From Eremomyces bilateralis CBS 781.70 (Eukaryota), in assembly GCA_010015585.1 (NCBI GenBank), contig ML975154.1: a stretch of 64,000 nt of DNA. One strand, 5' to 3'. Shown here piece by piece: positions 52,901 to 63,899 of the stretch. The notes beneath the pieces were generated by a model that saw nothing but the letters and a program-made list of their open reading frames with translations, was not told where the DNA came from and did not search any database. How positions within the stretch are numbered: the stretch's first letter is position 1; each line of letters opens with the position of its first letter. The position numbers and the translations under genes were made by a program.

Positions 52901-53033
52901 TGACATCTTTGAAGGTGACCTCCTCGTCATCTGCTCCCCAGGTATGCGAAAGTATGGCATATTCCGGAATGTTATCACCGACACGGTTAATGAGGCGCAG
53001 CTCACCGTCACTATCAATTACCAAAAGACGCAT
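49950..53033 (-). CDS. Fungal NLR: HET domain - NB-ARC - TPR (42-aa kinesin-light-chain-type repeats)
   Basis: HET motifs YAILSHTWG, WVDSCCID..SSAELSTAINSMFRWY, WFMRGWTLQELLAP. NB-ARC motifs FTGRE, P-loop GLGGVGKT, Walker B LLVFDNAD, FTTRD, LPLAIIQAAAYI. Single uninterrupted ORF. Confidence 0.95.
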   Translation of the reverse strand: MRLLVIDSDGELRLINRVGDNIPEYAILSHTWGADDEEVTFKDVINKTGINKPGYKKLLFCGKQAEKDGLLFFWVDSCCIDRSSSAELSTAINSMFRWYREAARCYVYLSDVPNPKDPTSTAESAFLNSRWFMRGWTLQELLAPSSVQFFSYKGEPLGDKKSREQQVHQITGIAIDALRGNPMSEFSIADRLSWAARRETTIGEDAAYCLLGIFEIYIPLIYGEGRNNALDRLQRKIRKFSNPASLIPAGAPWIVPFERNPHFTGRESQLAQLEGKLFAKDRTMKIAVTGLGGVGKTQLVLELLFRTKEKFQNCSIIWIPATNMENLHQAYVHVARQLGIPGWEQEQRDVKKLVQEYLSIDNASQWLLVFDNADDLDMWITKTIPREEPEQELSRLIDYLPSSKQGSIIFTTRDRKTAVKLAPQNIVEVTEMDEEIAMQLLRKSLANKDHLGRGPDTTDLLAKLMYLPLAIIQAAAYINENGTSITEYLSVLKGQEEDTIDILSEDFEDAGRYHNVKNPVATTWLISFEQIRRRDALAADYLSFMACVEPKDIPLSLFPPGLSRKKEMDAIGTLYAYSFISRRPADLAVDVHRLVHLSTRNWLRNEGILVRSMEKAISRLEEVFPDADHKNRSIWRTYLPHTRYVLESDLVDRNWKDRTDLLWRYGTCLYEDGRWNEAEGPFTQVLEMKKRLLGLEHPDTLTSMANLASTYRNQGRWDAAEELEVQVMETSKKKIGSDHLDTLRNMANLATTYRKQGRWDAAEELEVQVIETRKKKLGADHPDMLSSMGNLAITYRNQGRWDAAEELEVQVMETRKKKLGADHPHTLSSMANLASTYWNQGRWDAAEELEVQVMETRKKKLGADHPDTLSSLANLASTYWKQGRWDAAEELDAQVMETRRKKLGADHPDTLTSMANLASTYWNQGRWDVTEELEVQVMETRKKKLGADHPHTLSSMANLAITWKGTGRDLDAIHLMEQCIMLRKHVLGVDHAYTRSSSAILMQWQTEQLDIGTSAAKDGECDDKVDQ
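50150..50990 (-). repeat. Tandem array of about 6.5 highly similar 126-bp (42-aa) TPR-coding units
   Basis: Unit VQVMETRKKKLGADHPDTLSSMANLASTYWNQGRWDAAEELE repeated. Nucleotide identity is visible (gcgtcccaccggccttg recurs every 126 nt). Confidence 0.95.
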
Positions 53034-53495
53034 AATGATCAGCTCATAAGACAATGGGTAAGATTTCTATTGAGACTATACTCGAACATATTGTCTCCTG
53101 ATGAGCAACAGAGATAATAGCCGTAAACTGAAGTCTGAAAGTGAGTTAAGACGTGACATATCGAAAGCAGCACAACAAGGCTGAGTAAGTGAGTTAGCTT
53201 TAATTATGCCTCTAAAAATAAATGAGCGACGCCACATGCTTCACCACCCTGAGTATTTGGTATTATTCCGCATCCTCATCATTCAGGTCATTCTTAAAAC
53301 CTCCACCATCAGCCAGGCTTGGAGTGATTTACGCAGGATTTACATTCATCTAGATACAGAACTCCGTGGATTACCCAGTCCTAAATGCGCCAAATTCGAG
53401 AGATATCCCTTCACCAACATTAAGACCACCATTATAGGGCATTATCGTCGTAAGGAAAATCCAAAGCCAGCCACGGCAGCAGACCCCTTTCCCCA

Positions 53496-56012
53496 TTAAC
53501 GACTCCTCCTAAAGAAGGACCTCCTCTTGTTCGCAGATTTCAACTTCGACCAAAAGCTTTCAACCACCACCATTGCATTCTTGGCCTCTGGAATTTCTTC
53601 CCCACGATGATCGGGGCATCTCCGTATTACGCTTCGCCCCTGTGATTCGCAGAAGAACTCGGACGTATAGAACTCGTGGTACGGCCCGGGAGCGACACAG
53701 ATCCGCTTGACGGCAAACATGCGTACCTGTAGCCAGCACAATTCGCACCAGCGGTACCCGGGGAACTTTTCCGACTTCTTGGAGCTGGATTTCCGCACAA
53801 TCTTGCCGCAAAGCTTGTTGGAGCAGCACACCGTATTGTGCATGTTCGGCCACTCCTCCCGGAATTTGTACTCGCCCGACGAGATCATTGCGCCGTTGCT
53901 CTTGAGATCCAACTTGCGGCAGATGTCATTGCAGGCGTGCGTGGCGAAGAAGAACTTGAACCCTTCCTGGCCAAGGTTAGTGTCCGCTAGCTGGAACCGT
54001 CCGGGATCGAGCGAATGGATGGCCGGGTCAGTAAGTAAGTGTCCAACACCCTGCATGTCGCTGACTAAAAAGCGGCCTTGCGAGCGCTCGAAAGTGAAGT
54101 GCGAGAACGCTTGCGCGGCTTGGTTGAACCGATCATCGGACTGTTCCTCGTTGACATAGCCGCAGTTGTTGTTATACTTGACGTACGTGCCTTCGAGGAA
54201 AGGTTCGAGGGACATGCACTCAGAGCCTGACGTTATCCCCGCTTTGCCCTTCAAGCACGTCGTTACGATGAAGTCAATTGCGTGTTCCTCCCCCGAGAAG
54301 GCGTTGAACTCGAGTGCAAAGGCTTTGCATAGCGCTTGGCACCGCATGTCTTCGGCCAAATGTGCGAGCCGCTTTCCGTCTCGCTTGAATGACTTGACCA
54401 CGAAACGGTTGGTAGAAGCCGCCGTGCGGGCATAAAACGCCTCGCGCAGCGCGCCTTCGGCAAATGGCCGCGACCGCTTGTAGATGGAAAGTTCGGTGAT
54501 ACCCATCATGATGTTGTCGTCATGCGCCATCATTTCGTTGAGGGTACTGGCGTTGTGCACGATAACATCAGGAGAGAAACCTTCTACCGACAGCGCCTCG
54601 TTGAGCCATCCGGGCGTGTCCCACTGGGGTAGGGTGATCTCCAGCCGCTTCTCGTCGCCCTCGTCATCCTCATCCTCGTTGATAGCACGAAGCTTCGCAT
54701 CCTGCTTCTTGTCACCCACTAGCTTGGTCGCTCGGCTCCCCGACACACGAACAGCTGTGCGAGAAGCCGAAGTGGTGACCATTTTGACAACCAGGTGCTG
54801 TAATGCACTAAAAGTAGTTCCGAGCTCATTCTCCTCAAATACCAGCCCGGCTTTGGCGCTGCGCTTAGAACTTGTCCCGCTCCGAGTGCTTGTGTCCGTG
54901 CGCGTGCCCGTGGCCGGATATAAGTAGTATATGTGATCCTTGTGTAGCCTGCAGTCCGCAGAAGCAGCATCGTACTCCTTGCAGAATTCGGTGGCCATAC
55001 GGTCCGTGCTACTGTTGATACGGAGCAGAGTATAGTTGAGTTTGAGGGCGATCATCCGCCTGAGTAGCGGTTTGTGGGTGAGACCGTGTGGCTCAGTTCC
55101 GGGTACGGGGAATTTGTCGCCTGCGTCCGGGACTAATTGTAAATCGCTGCCATGTGGTGGAGCGTCTGCGATATGGATGACGCACCGAGTCTGGTGCGAC
55201 CACGATGCGTTGATGGCTTGTTGAAGACCTCCCAGGACGTCCTCGGGTGCATCGCCCCCGCCGGTAGCTTGTAGCGTGTTAAGAAACCTATGTACTTCAT
55301 CCACGGACGGCGTAAAGTCTAGAAACTGGATATTAGGTTTATCACCGTGGTCCTTATAGCCCACCACCGCGACCCGTACTTCCGCTTCGCCGAGAAACGA
55401 TTCTCCGATGTCTTTCACGATGCTCCTGACTTGGTCCTTTGCGGCGTTAATGTAGTCCCACATGGAGCCAGTGGTGTCAAGGAGGAACAGCAAGTCGGTG
55501 GAGCAGACCGATTTGAATAGTCCTGTCGTCGGACGACGTGGTGCCTTGGCACCTGCCGCCTGCATGTCTTGTTTGAGTTGGAGAATTCGGAGCCGGGCTT
55601 CTGTTGCAGAGAGCTCGCCTTCGTTGCCCTCGCGCTTGAGCCGCTCGACGATGGCTCGTTCCGCCTCGGCGAGGCGTTGAATCTCGGCCGTTCTTGCCCG
55701 TTCTTCCGCAACGGTACGAAGCAGCGAGTCACGTTCCGCCTGGAGCAGCTCCATAGTACTCGAGGTAGCGGATAAGGTCGAGCACGACCACTCACTCGCC
55801 GCATACTTGGAACCTACGGACATGTCGCATTCGGTGGTCGACGAGCCAGGCCCAATGATGACGGGAAATGATGAGGTGGACAATGTTGGGGTTGCGGGAT
55901 CTTCCTCGGTGCGAGAATCCGATGCATTAGAGGAAGTAAGCATGGTGGTATCCGTCGACGTGGTCGACGAGGAATTGTGGGAGGGCGAAGTGTCCTGCAT
56001 TGCGTCTTCCAC
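53496..56012 (-). CDS. vWA-domain alpha-kinase (eEF2K/MHCK family) with N-terminal coiled coil and C-terminal Cys/His-rich region
   Basis: vWA MIDAS DLLFLLDTTGSM, GGGDAPED, IADAPPHG. Alpha-kinase PFAEGALREAF, VVKSFK, EPFLEGTYVKYNNN, QAFSHFTF, LVSDMQGVG..LTDPAIHS, NLGQEG, zinc-binding HACNDIC. Single 838-aa ORF. Confidence 0.93.
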   Translation of the reverse strand: MEDAMQDTSPSHNSSSTTSTDTTMLTSSNASDSRTEEDPATPTLSTSSFPVIIGPGSSTTECDMSVGSKYAASEWSCSTLSATSSTMELLQAERDSLLRTVAEERARTAEIQRLAEAERAIVERLKREGNEGELSATEARLRILQLKQDMQAAGAKAPRRPTTGLFKSVCSTDLLFLLDTTGSMWDYINAAKDQVRSIVKDIGESFLGEAEVRVAVVGYKDHGDKPNIQFLDFTPSVDEVHRFLNTLQATGGGDAPEDVLGGLQQAINASWSHQTRCVIHIADAPPHGSDLQLVPDAGDKFPVPGTEPHGLTHKPLLRRMIALKLNYTLLRINSSTDRMATEFCKEYDAASADCRLHKDHIYYLYPATGTRTDTSTRSGTSSKRSAKAGLVFEENELGTTFSALQHLVVKMVTTSASRTAVRVSGSRATKLVGDKKQDAKLRAINEDEDDEGDEKRLEITLPQWDTPGWLNEALSVEGFSPDVIVHNASTLNEMMAHDDNIMMGITELSIYKRSRPFAEGALREAFYARTAASTNRFVVKSFKRDGKRLAHLAEDMRCQALCKAFALEFNAFSGEEHAIDFIVTTCLKGKAGITSGSECMSLEPFLEGTYVKYNNNCGYVNEEQSDDRFNQAAQAFSHFTFERSQGRFLVSDMQGVGHLLTDPAIHSLDPGRFQLADTNLGQEGFKFFFATHACNDICRKLDLKSNGAMISSGEYKFREEWPNMHNTVCCSNKLCGKIVRKSSSKKSEKFPGYRWCELCWLQVRMFAVKRICVAPGPYHEFYTSEFFCESQGRSVIRRCPDHRGEEIPEAKNAMVVVESFWSKLKSANKRRSFFRRSR

Positions 56013-57319
56013 CGATTGAAGGAAATTAGATGAGGTGTTCGACTGGGTTGTAGAGGACGGTTGATCGAAAGGAGAGTGAGCATTTGGGGTACTGAAGATG
56101 CACAGACGGTTTTAGAGCGTGTCTGTTTGAGGAAGGCTGCAAGTTCGTGGACAACTGCTCCTATATATGAACCGCAGCGAAAGCCTTATCAGAAATGCCA
56201 AAACCAGTCACCGAATTGTCTGCCAAATGTCGACACGAGCCGTTGCATGGCTACTGCCCGACATCTCGTGAGAGCCAGTTACTTCGCCCCGCTATCTAGG
56301 TTAGTGCGCCTCTTCAAGGCAGAAGTACCCGTCTGTTCTGCCTATAAGGCTGCCTGCTTGAGGTGTGGTGCTATGGTGGGCGGGGTTGCTTGTCTCCAAG
56401 AGCACAGCCACTCCATCTCTTATATTACGCCGGTCTGTAGGGAGTACCCTAGCTTCAACCACAGCCTTGAGGTAGTGCAGCATCGCCTCGCGAGCACTCC
56501 TCGCATGAAGCAATCAAGCAGTGTTAACTTCTTCCGGGTCCTTGCATCTTACTTGCCAAGCGATGTGTTGTCAAGTATTGACACGAGCAATGCCATCGAT
56601 GAAACGAGACAACTGCCGGAGCTTGCCCATACTATACTGAATGGAACGACATGTCCTCGGCCAAAACGCCTCAGCGAAGAACGAACCTTCGTGTTCTTCT
56701 ACGACGCCAATTCGATTCTCCTGCCGGTAAATAATTCTTAGTAGGCAGCTCGAGCGGTTGACACTTGACTGATCTTTGGCCGCGATTGATTTGTTGCATT
56801 CTGACATTGTAGCGGCATGAAGCGAATGAGAAGACGATAGTATGGATGACAAGCAGCTTGCTTCCGCTAGTGTTTATCTCGGTATGCATGCCAAGATGCC
56901 GAAGCTATCAAGGCTGTGTTGTCAAGACGGATTGTCGGACTGCGGCGGAAGGTTTGTCGGCTGTAATTAGCCTTCCGGTGAGCTAGCTTCAAAGGTTGAA
57001 GCTTCGTATCATCGAGGGAGGTCGACAGTAAGGCTGACGTTCAACATGACTCATATGATTCAACGTCCGACCGACCTATGACTCAGCATATTTATATCGG
57101 AATTCGGAACTCAATGCAGAGTGCGGCATTTGTTCTCTTGTCAAGGAAGTATGAAGAATCTGCCATAGATGATCATAATAATGAGATCTCGCTTAGTTGT
57201 TCTACCTTATAGTCATTTAATTAAATCGCTACTGAAAATCCTCAACCTATCCAACTTCTCCCAACACCCGCAGAAATATTTATAAACGCTTATCCAGTAA
57301 TGACCAACGTAGCCGCTCT

Positions 57320-57920
57320 TTATTCAGCGGTATCAAGAGCTCGCAGTTCGCCGGTGGGTATATCGTAGACAAAACCATGAACCGTCAGACCCCTCCCTTT
57401 CATCGCCTGCTGCACCGTGGCGTTTGCCTTCACATTTTTCACACTTCGCTGAACATTCAACTCCACCACCCTGAGCCCCCTCAAATAATCCGTCTTCAAC
57501 TTATCCAACTCCCCTTGATGACTCTTACGTAGCTCCCTCAGTGGCTCTATCCACTTATTCAAGTTCGGTCCCAAATTCGCATCCCCCAAAGCCGCCGCAG
57601 CGCCGCCGCAGTTCGTATGCCCGCAGACCACGATCTTCTGGACCTTCACGTTGCCGACGGCGAAATCGAGGACGCTGTTCGCGCCCACTTCATCAGTGTT
57701 GACGACGTTCGCGATGTTACGGTGCACGAAGATCTCGCCGGGCTTGCTGTCGGAGATGGTGGTCTCGGGAACGCGGCTGTCGGCGCATCCGATCCAGAGG
57801 ACCCCAGGCCTCTGTTTGTCGGCGTAACCCTTGAAGAACTCGGGGTCGGCCTCGAGGGTGCGGCGAGCGTGAGCTTTATTTCCTTGGAGAATGCGCTCGA
57901 TCTGGTCTACGGGAGGTACT
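57320..57920 (-). CDS. Beta-class carbonic anhydrase (5' exon not resolved)
   Basis: LWIGCADSRVPE, IFVHRNIAN, VCGHTNCGG zinc ligands, VHGFVYDIPTG. Confidence 0.9.
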
Positions 57921-58643
57921 ATGTAGAATCGTTAGCAAATCACATGGAAGGAAGATTTCACCCAGCGAAATGACAATGAAAAGAGATGGCGATGTGACTG
58001 CAAGATGAAGTATCATAGAGGCCGATTACCATTACTAGAAGGACCCCGTGACGTGATGGAATTCGAAAACGTTCCTGTAAGTGCGATCTTTGCGAAATGG
58101 ACCCTGGCACCAACCCCCCTGAACCACCAACAGCCCACACCTACCCGCCCATCCAACATGATGATTCATAAAAGAATCATGGAGAAAATTTCGAAAGCAT
58201 GGATCGCACTAAGTACGTACCGTGCTGTTTCATGACGGGCAACTGAACAGCGGAATAGAATTGGATGCTGTGTCCTGCCTGACTCTACTTGACTTCAGCC
58301 AAGATGGTATTGTGGGGACCCCTATCGGCGCTTGAGCCCGCAATAAGATTCGCGTCAGGGTGCAAGCTTCAAGCTCCACAGAACCCTGAAAATAACTACA
58401 GATGTTGGGATCAAACAAAAACGACACTCGGGATCGATCAGATCTGCAATCAAGATGCCCTATAAAGATCAACAATAACAGGGAATTGCTAGACAGTTAT
58501 ATCTTGAGGGATGTGTGAGTCCCGACCTGGGCGACCCCCTGACCGTGAACGCTCTGGAGATTGGAGATCGGGGTGACGTGCGGCTCTCCGCCGCTAAAGA
58601 AAAAGTATCGGGGACGCGGGAGCTAGGTTGGCTGCTCGATAGA

Positions 58644-58718
58644 GTATCACATCGGGTGGGTTAGCCCGTCGAGTCGTATCACATCGGGTGGGTTAGCCTG
58701 TCGACGACTCGACGGGCT
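58644..58718. repeat. 32-bp tandem duplication followed by a 14-bp inverted copy
   Basis: gtatcacatcgggtgggttagcc(c/t)gtcga occurs at 58644 and 58676. agcccgtcgagtcg (58663-58676) is the exact reverse complement of 58705-58718. Confidence 0.85.
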
Positions 58719-59315
58719 GGGCCGCCGGATCTATTCATTTATCTTTCCTTCCCTGGTCCTTCCATTTTGCATCTCCGACTGTCCGAATCCGATAGTCCGG
58801 CCGCGGCTTTTCGAGGAGAAGTTGAAAAGGCTGTCTTTGCTTTTTTGACTGCATGCTACGGACTCATAAATACGGAGGATCTGAGTGCCTGGGGGTCAGT
58901 GGGGGAGAACTACCAGAATTTGATCAGTCTCGTTTCGAAGACAATCAATTAGAGAATAGAAATTCGGCATACGGTACTATTGAATCCTAGTATCTACTAT
59001 TATGAGTACCGTATCTGCGAAGGTACCAACCCAGTACCTTGGTAGTCATCTTGGGTGATGGAATAGATCCAACTCCAAGCGGACGAATGGAAACATGAGT
59101 GGTCTGCTCAACGGGTGATGACATGAGACCTCCAGTAAACTCGTGGGGCTAGTAGTGTGCCTTGGATGTACATTGCTTTTGTATATCATGTAAATGCCGC
59201 ATGCATACATTTCCTCAGTTCTCCGAGTCCAATGAGAGTGCAACGACCATGTCGCCAGCATGATCCGTTTGCATAATGACATCGTGTAGCTGCATCTGCC
59301 TGCCTATCTGGGATT

Positions 59316-61170
59316 TCAGTACTTGAAGCCACCGACTCTTCTCAAGAACAGTCCAGCCGGATCATTTCGTCGCTGCAACCATCTGAATGAGTTGTAGTCC
59401 TTGTACGACTTCAATACATCCTGATTGAAGTTTGCGTCGTTCAAGAAGAAGGGGTTATATCTCTCCGCTCCCCTGTTCACGGGCTGCCTCAATGCGGTAG
59501 CCAACGACCTCTCCGCATATTTCGTCACCTGCGTGGCCAGCCCATAAATGGTCTGGTCATCCGTTCCATTCTGTGGACTTCCCCAGATGCTACTCAGCTC
59601 AATAATGTAGCGTGGACCATCAGACCCGGTAAGGCCCATGGCATTTCCACCGGCAGCTTGAGAGTGTTTTCCAAAGAGGCTCGGGAGAGGCTGGATCGCG
59701 ATGGTTTGGACGGCCTCTGCGTGCTGGGAGAAGTACGGGAGCGAGATGTTCTGCCAGTTATTGACCAGATTTTGCATAAAATCAATGCCCCCATCACCAG
59801 GAAGAAGAGGGAGGGTTATGCTCTGTGATGTTCTATCAGTATGGCAGGGTTTCAAACACACGAGAAACACCTACACGCCACGAGGACCGATGCTTGAACC
59901 CGGCAGCGCCCTCCGAATTGAAATCAAGCTACATATATCAGTTGCGGCTCATCTGTTCTCAGACTCGGCTTACTTACCAACTCGGCATACGATCGGACCG
60001 CCGTCTGGTCTTGCACGGATGGAATCTCGAGCAAGCCGTTGAACGCAGCTGATGGAGGAGTCGTCCCGTCATAGAAAAAGAAGACCTGAACAATAGTCAC
60101 GCCTCCCATAACCATGTTATGGTTGACGATGATGGCCGCCTTCGGGTCGGACGGATTGGAGATGAAATCATGCGTCGCCTTCAGCACCTCACGCTGAACA
60201 TCTGGGAGGTAGATTCGCGAGCCGCCCCAAACCTATCCAAGGTAAGTATCTGTACCATCTCCGTATGAAGTACGAACTTACTTGACCGATCGGGTAAGCC
60301 TTAAGGGTGAACTTTGTTACGATGCCTCCACGCCGTTAGCACGGGTCATCAATCAGCCGCTGGGAATTTGTCATACCGAATTGGTTGGTGCTACCCTTCA
60401 TCGCGCGGAACACTTCTGGGTCGCTCGTAGCATTGATATTCTGAATAGAGCCATCGGCCCTGACAGTTTCAAAGTTCACCGCGGTCTACATAGTACGTAC
60501 GTCAGCGTTAATGCTCATAGTCAATCGGGACCCTTACTTACGTCTGCTGTTAGCCCGTGTTGTGCGCTAAGGAACGACATCCCGCCGCCGGTGATAAACC
60601 CTCCAATGCCCACAATCCCTAGTTACCGTTCAGTAGTGGCCTATACAGTGCACAGTTATACGTACCCAGCCGCCCCGAAAGGACCGCATATCCCTCAGCA
60701 TCTAGCGCCTTGATCACACCGCTCCAATTTCCTCCGGGCTTGATATGCGCGACTCCGTTCTCCTTATCCAACTCCGTTCCCGTCAATTGCTCTAGTGCGA
60801 TCAACACTCCATCCTTAATCGACGAATGCCCTGGGTTGGCGTCATGCCCTCCGCTCTTGACCGCGAACTTGACGGTTGGGTGCTGATTTAGCACCTTCAC
60901 CGCTGCGGCGACCTCCTCGGCTGCCGTCGGCAATACTATGCATGGCGGCGCCCATTCCGAAAGTCCCGCGTGCCAGTAGTCGTCCTGGACTTCGTGGTAT
61001 GATGTCGAATTGTCTTTGGCGAACACGACCTTACCGGGAATAGCGCGTTCAAGAGCCGCGCAGGCGGCGGTGACGCCGCGGCCGGTGGACGGGTTGGGGA
61101 AAGAGGTGAGTTGAGCGGAGCATTCGGTGGCGGCAAGGCCGATGAGGAGGGTCGAAATGGACGGACGCAT
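59316..61170 (-). CDS. Secreted FAD-linked oxidoreductase (VAO/berberine-bridge family)
   Basis: Signal peptide, PPCIVLP, FAVKSGGH (covalent-FAD His), VGIGGFITGGG, MKGSTNQFG, FLNDA, RNDPAGLF. Multiple introns. Confidence 0.87.
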
Positions 61171-63899
61171 TGTGACGAATGCAACGAGTGAATTGAAAAG
61201 AATGACAATTGTTGTTCAGACGATGAACTGACCGGGGAGAATGTCAGCTATGTATTGATCATTACGAGTGCAATAACTAGTAGACTCCTTATCAACGGGG
61301 ACTGCCTATGTGGAACGATATAAATCTCAACTGAGGGCCAAAGGATGCCTTCATAGGTATATATACAAATTGAATAGGATGGACTGTGCTTGACGCGTTC
61401 GCCGGCTGGCTGACCTGAGATATGAACAGCATGGGACAAGGTTTATTCTGCTTGCCTCTACTATCATCCCTGTGCCGAGGACTCACAATGGGAAATGGGA
61501 ATACCGAATATTAGTCTCCCAAGTTCTAGGAAGGCACGACCCGTTTTGGGGCCGAAGATGCATGGCATCAGTGATCAGCCATGAAAGCATGATCGGCTGC
61601 TAAGCGCTAGCAGTGGGAGGGTAGGTAACGGTTCGTCGGTTCCTACTGGCATTTCACAAAATGCCGATCGAAATGGGGACAAGATCGACACTCGTTCGGC
61701 AGTAATTTTAAATTTCCGGTTCAGGATCGGAGACTCCATGGCCACCAGCATTAAATGTGGGGTGATGATCGCATTTTTGGGATCAATCATCAAAGTTCGT
61801 TAATGGTATGATGCTGGCATGCTGCAGATAGGTCCAGGGTTGACAGGAAACCATCTTCAAGGTAGACCGTAAAGTTGTGCAGGTTGCGCATCAAAATATA
61901 CAATAATTTATATAATCCGTTCATAACAAGGGTATGAACACAGTTCGACGTTCGCAAACGGCATTCAACCAGGAATTCTGCTTGAATTTGTTTCATGTTG
62001 CTCGGAAGTGATCAAGCCTAGGCATCATGGCGCCAAGGTTCAATCTGGGGGAATCCTGGTGGAATCCCGGACAAGCTGTCGATTATCAATATGGCAAACT
62101 TGCCGAAGAGCTCGAGAACAATTCAACCAGTTCAAACAATTCATACTTCGTGAAACAAACCCAGTCGAGGCCATGGGCATGGGTTTCCTTGACGTTCCCT
62201 AAAATTAAGTGACGACTTGACTTCGGCTGTAATCGACTCCTCTGACACTAGAGGGGAAAGTCAACTTCGTAACAGAAACTTGCAAGAAATACGTAATAAG
62301 CGGGGAATGGCATTCATCTCAAGTGCCAGCAGGATGATCTGAGGTACTGACTTCTGAACAACCGAAAGCTTCATCAACGAGACTGAATAGGTATGTACGT
62401 GTGCAGAAATGGATGGCGATGAACTATAACCAAAGTTCGATTTCGTTAAGCGTCTGCCACCAAATCCTAAGGCGGGGTTAAGGAGAGAATGACAGTGGTT
62501 TGGTCGAGACAAATTCCAAAAGTACAATCGTCAATCATTAATCAACCTAGCCGCTAAATATAACGATCAGCCATCGCCCATCAGGTAAGTTTAAAGTGGG
62601 TTCACACTTACGATACTTAGTCCCTACTATGGATCTCTCCCGTTGATTATCATCCGACATCAGACAGAAAGAGGGGAAGGTCTGGCAGCTCGTGAAGAAT
62701 CAAGAAACCATGCTACGTACTGGTGTTGTTCGTGGTGCGACTTGCCGATTTCCACTGTCGTGTGTGGTAATTATCGTCAAACGCTTCGGCCGTATCTGGA
62801 GTCCTGGGCAGTGGACATGGTCCAGAAGAACGGTAGGTCATAGCATTGCCCTCTAAATGACATACGATGATAGACTGTAGTCTGTACGTCTTTAGCTCTT
62901 TGCTATGCCGCGGTCATTGCGACTGCGGACAGCGATTGGCTATTGCCAGCGATGCCATCCACCATTGCGGATGCAATTCCGGCTCCAACTTCGCCGTGGA
63001 TGAAAAGAAGTTAAGTCAAGCCATCGTGCAGGACACTAATATTAACTAGTAGAATGCAGTAGCTGCTGTGGCGTTTCTGGTTCAACTTTTCAACTCTCAA
63101 ATACATTGAGCCAACCAGCAAAGAATTCAGATACACCATAATGAAATAACTGACTTGAGTTCATGAGGACAACGGCAACCCCCGACAATTGTTCTCCTGC
63201 TCTAAACGCAATGAAATTAACTGAATACATATATGGATGGACAATGAACTCCAGGTGAATATGAGATGTGAAAAAGGAGTGACACGTGATAGCGTGCATT
63301 AGCGCGTTTTCTTCAACAAAGGGAATGGTCTGCCACCGCGTCCATAATGGCAATTGGCAATACGTCGCCTCAGGCCGAATTATTTGTCGCTTTTGATCCA
63401 TCTACGACATCTACAATTCTACGCTCATGCTATTAATGGTCAAGAGATATCATGTTTCAGTTCTTTTAAGTTCTTGCGATTTTATTTTTCTCAGCGTCAC
63501 TGGATAGCCTTATCTTCAATGCTGATGAAGCACTTGGCTTGTCCAACTTTGGCAATGGGGTGAAAACAGGAGAGGCGTAATTATTCGTTCAAACTCCCCT
63601 ACCATTCTGTTCAACATCCCCTACCATTCTCTAGCTATTCAATATTCCATAATAATACCTACCGCGCACTCAGCTGGAATGTCTTCTATCGGCTCCACCT
63701 TCCCGACTCCCAAAGTGAAAGGATTTCCTTCTGTTCCGTTCCTTCTTCCGTCAATCTTTCCCAACATATCTACTATTCTATTGCAGCTAATATTTTATAC
63801 AACGCGTCTTTCAACCCATATTCAGCCTAGACAGAACACCAAGAGCATATAATCCGACAGCTACAGTCCGAATCACAGCTTGGTTCTATCAAAACGAAC

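Noticed and set aside
56061..56741. 226-aa plus-strand ORF upstream of the alpha-kinase
   Set aside because: TTG start, no recognisable motifs, and it overlaps the kinase's likely promoter (TATATA near 56162).
44450..63890. Starship element or secondary-metabolite cluster
   Set aside because: No DUF3435 tyrosine recombinase, PKS, NRPS or terpene synthase visible in the window.
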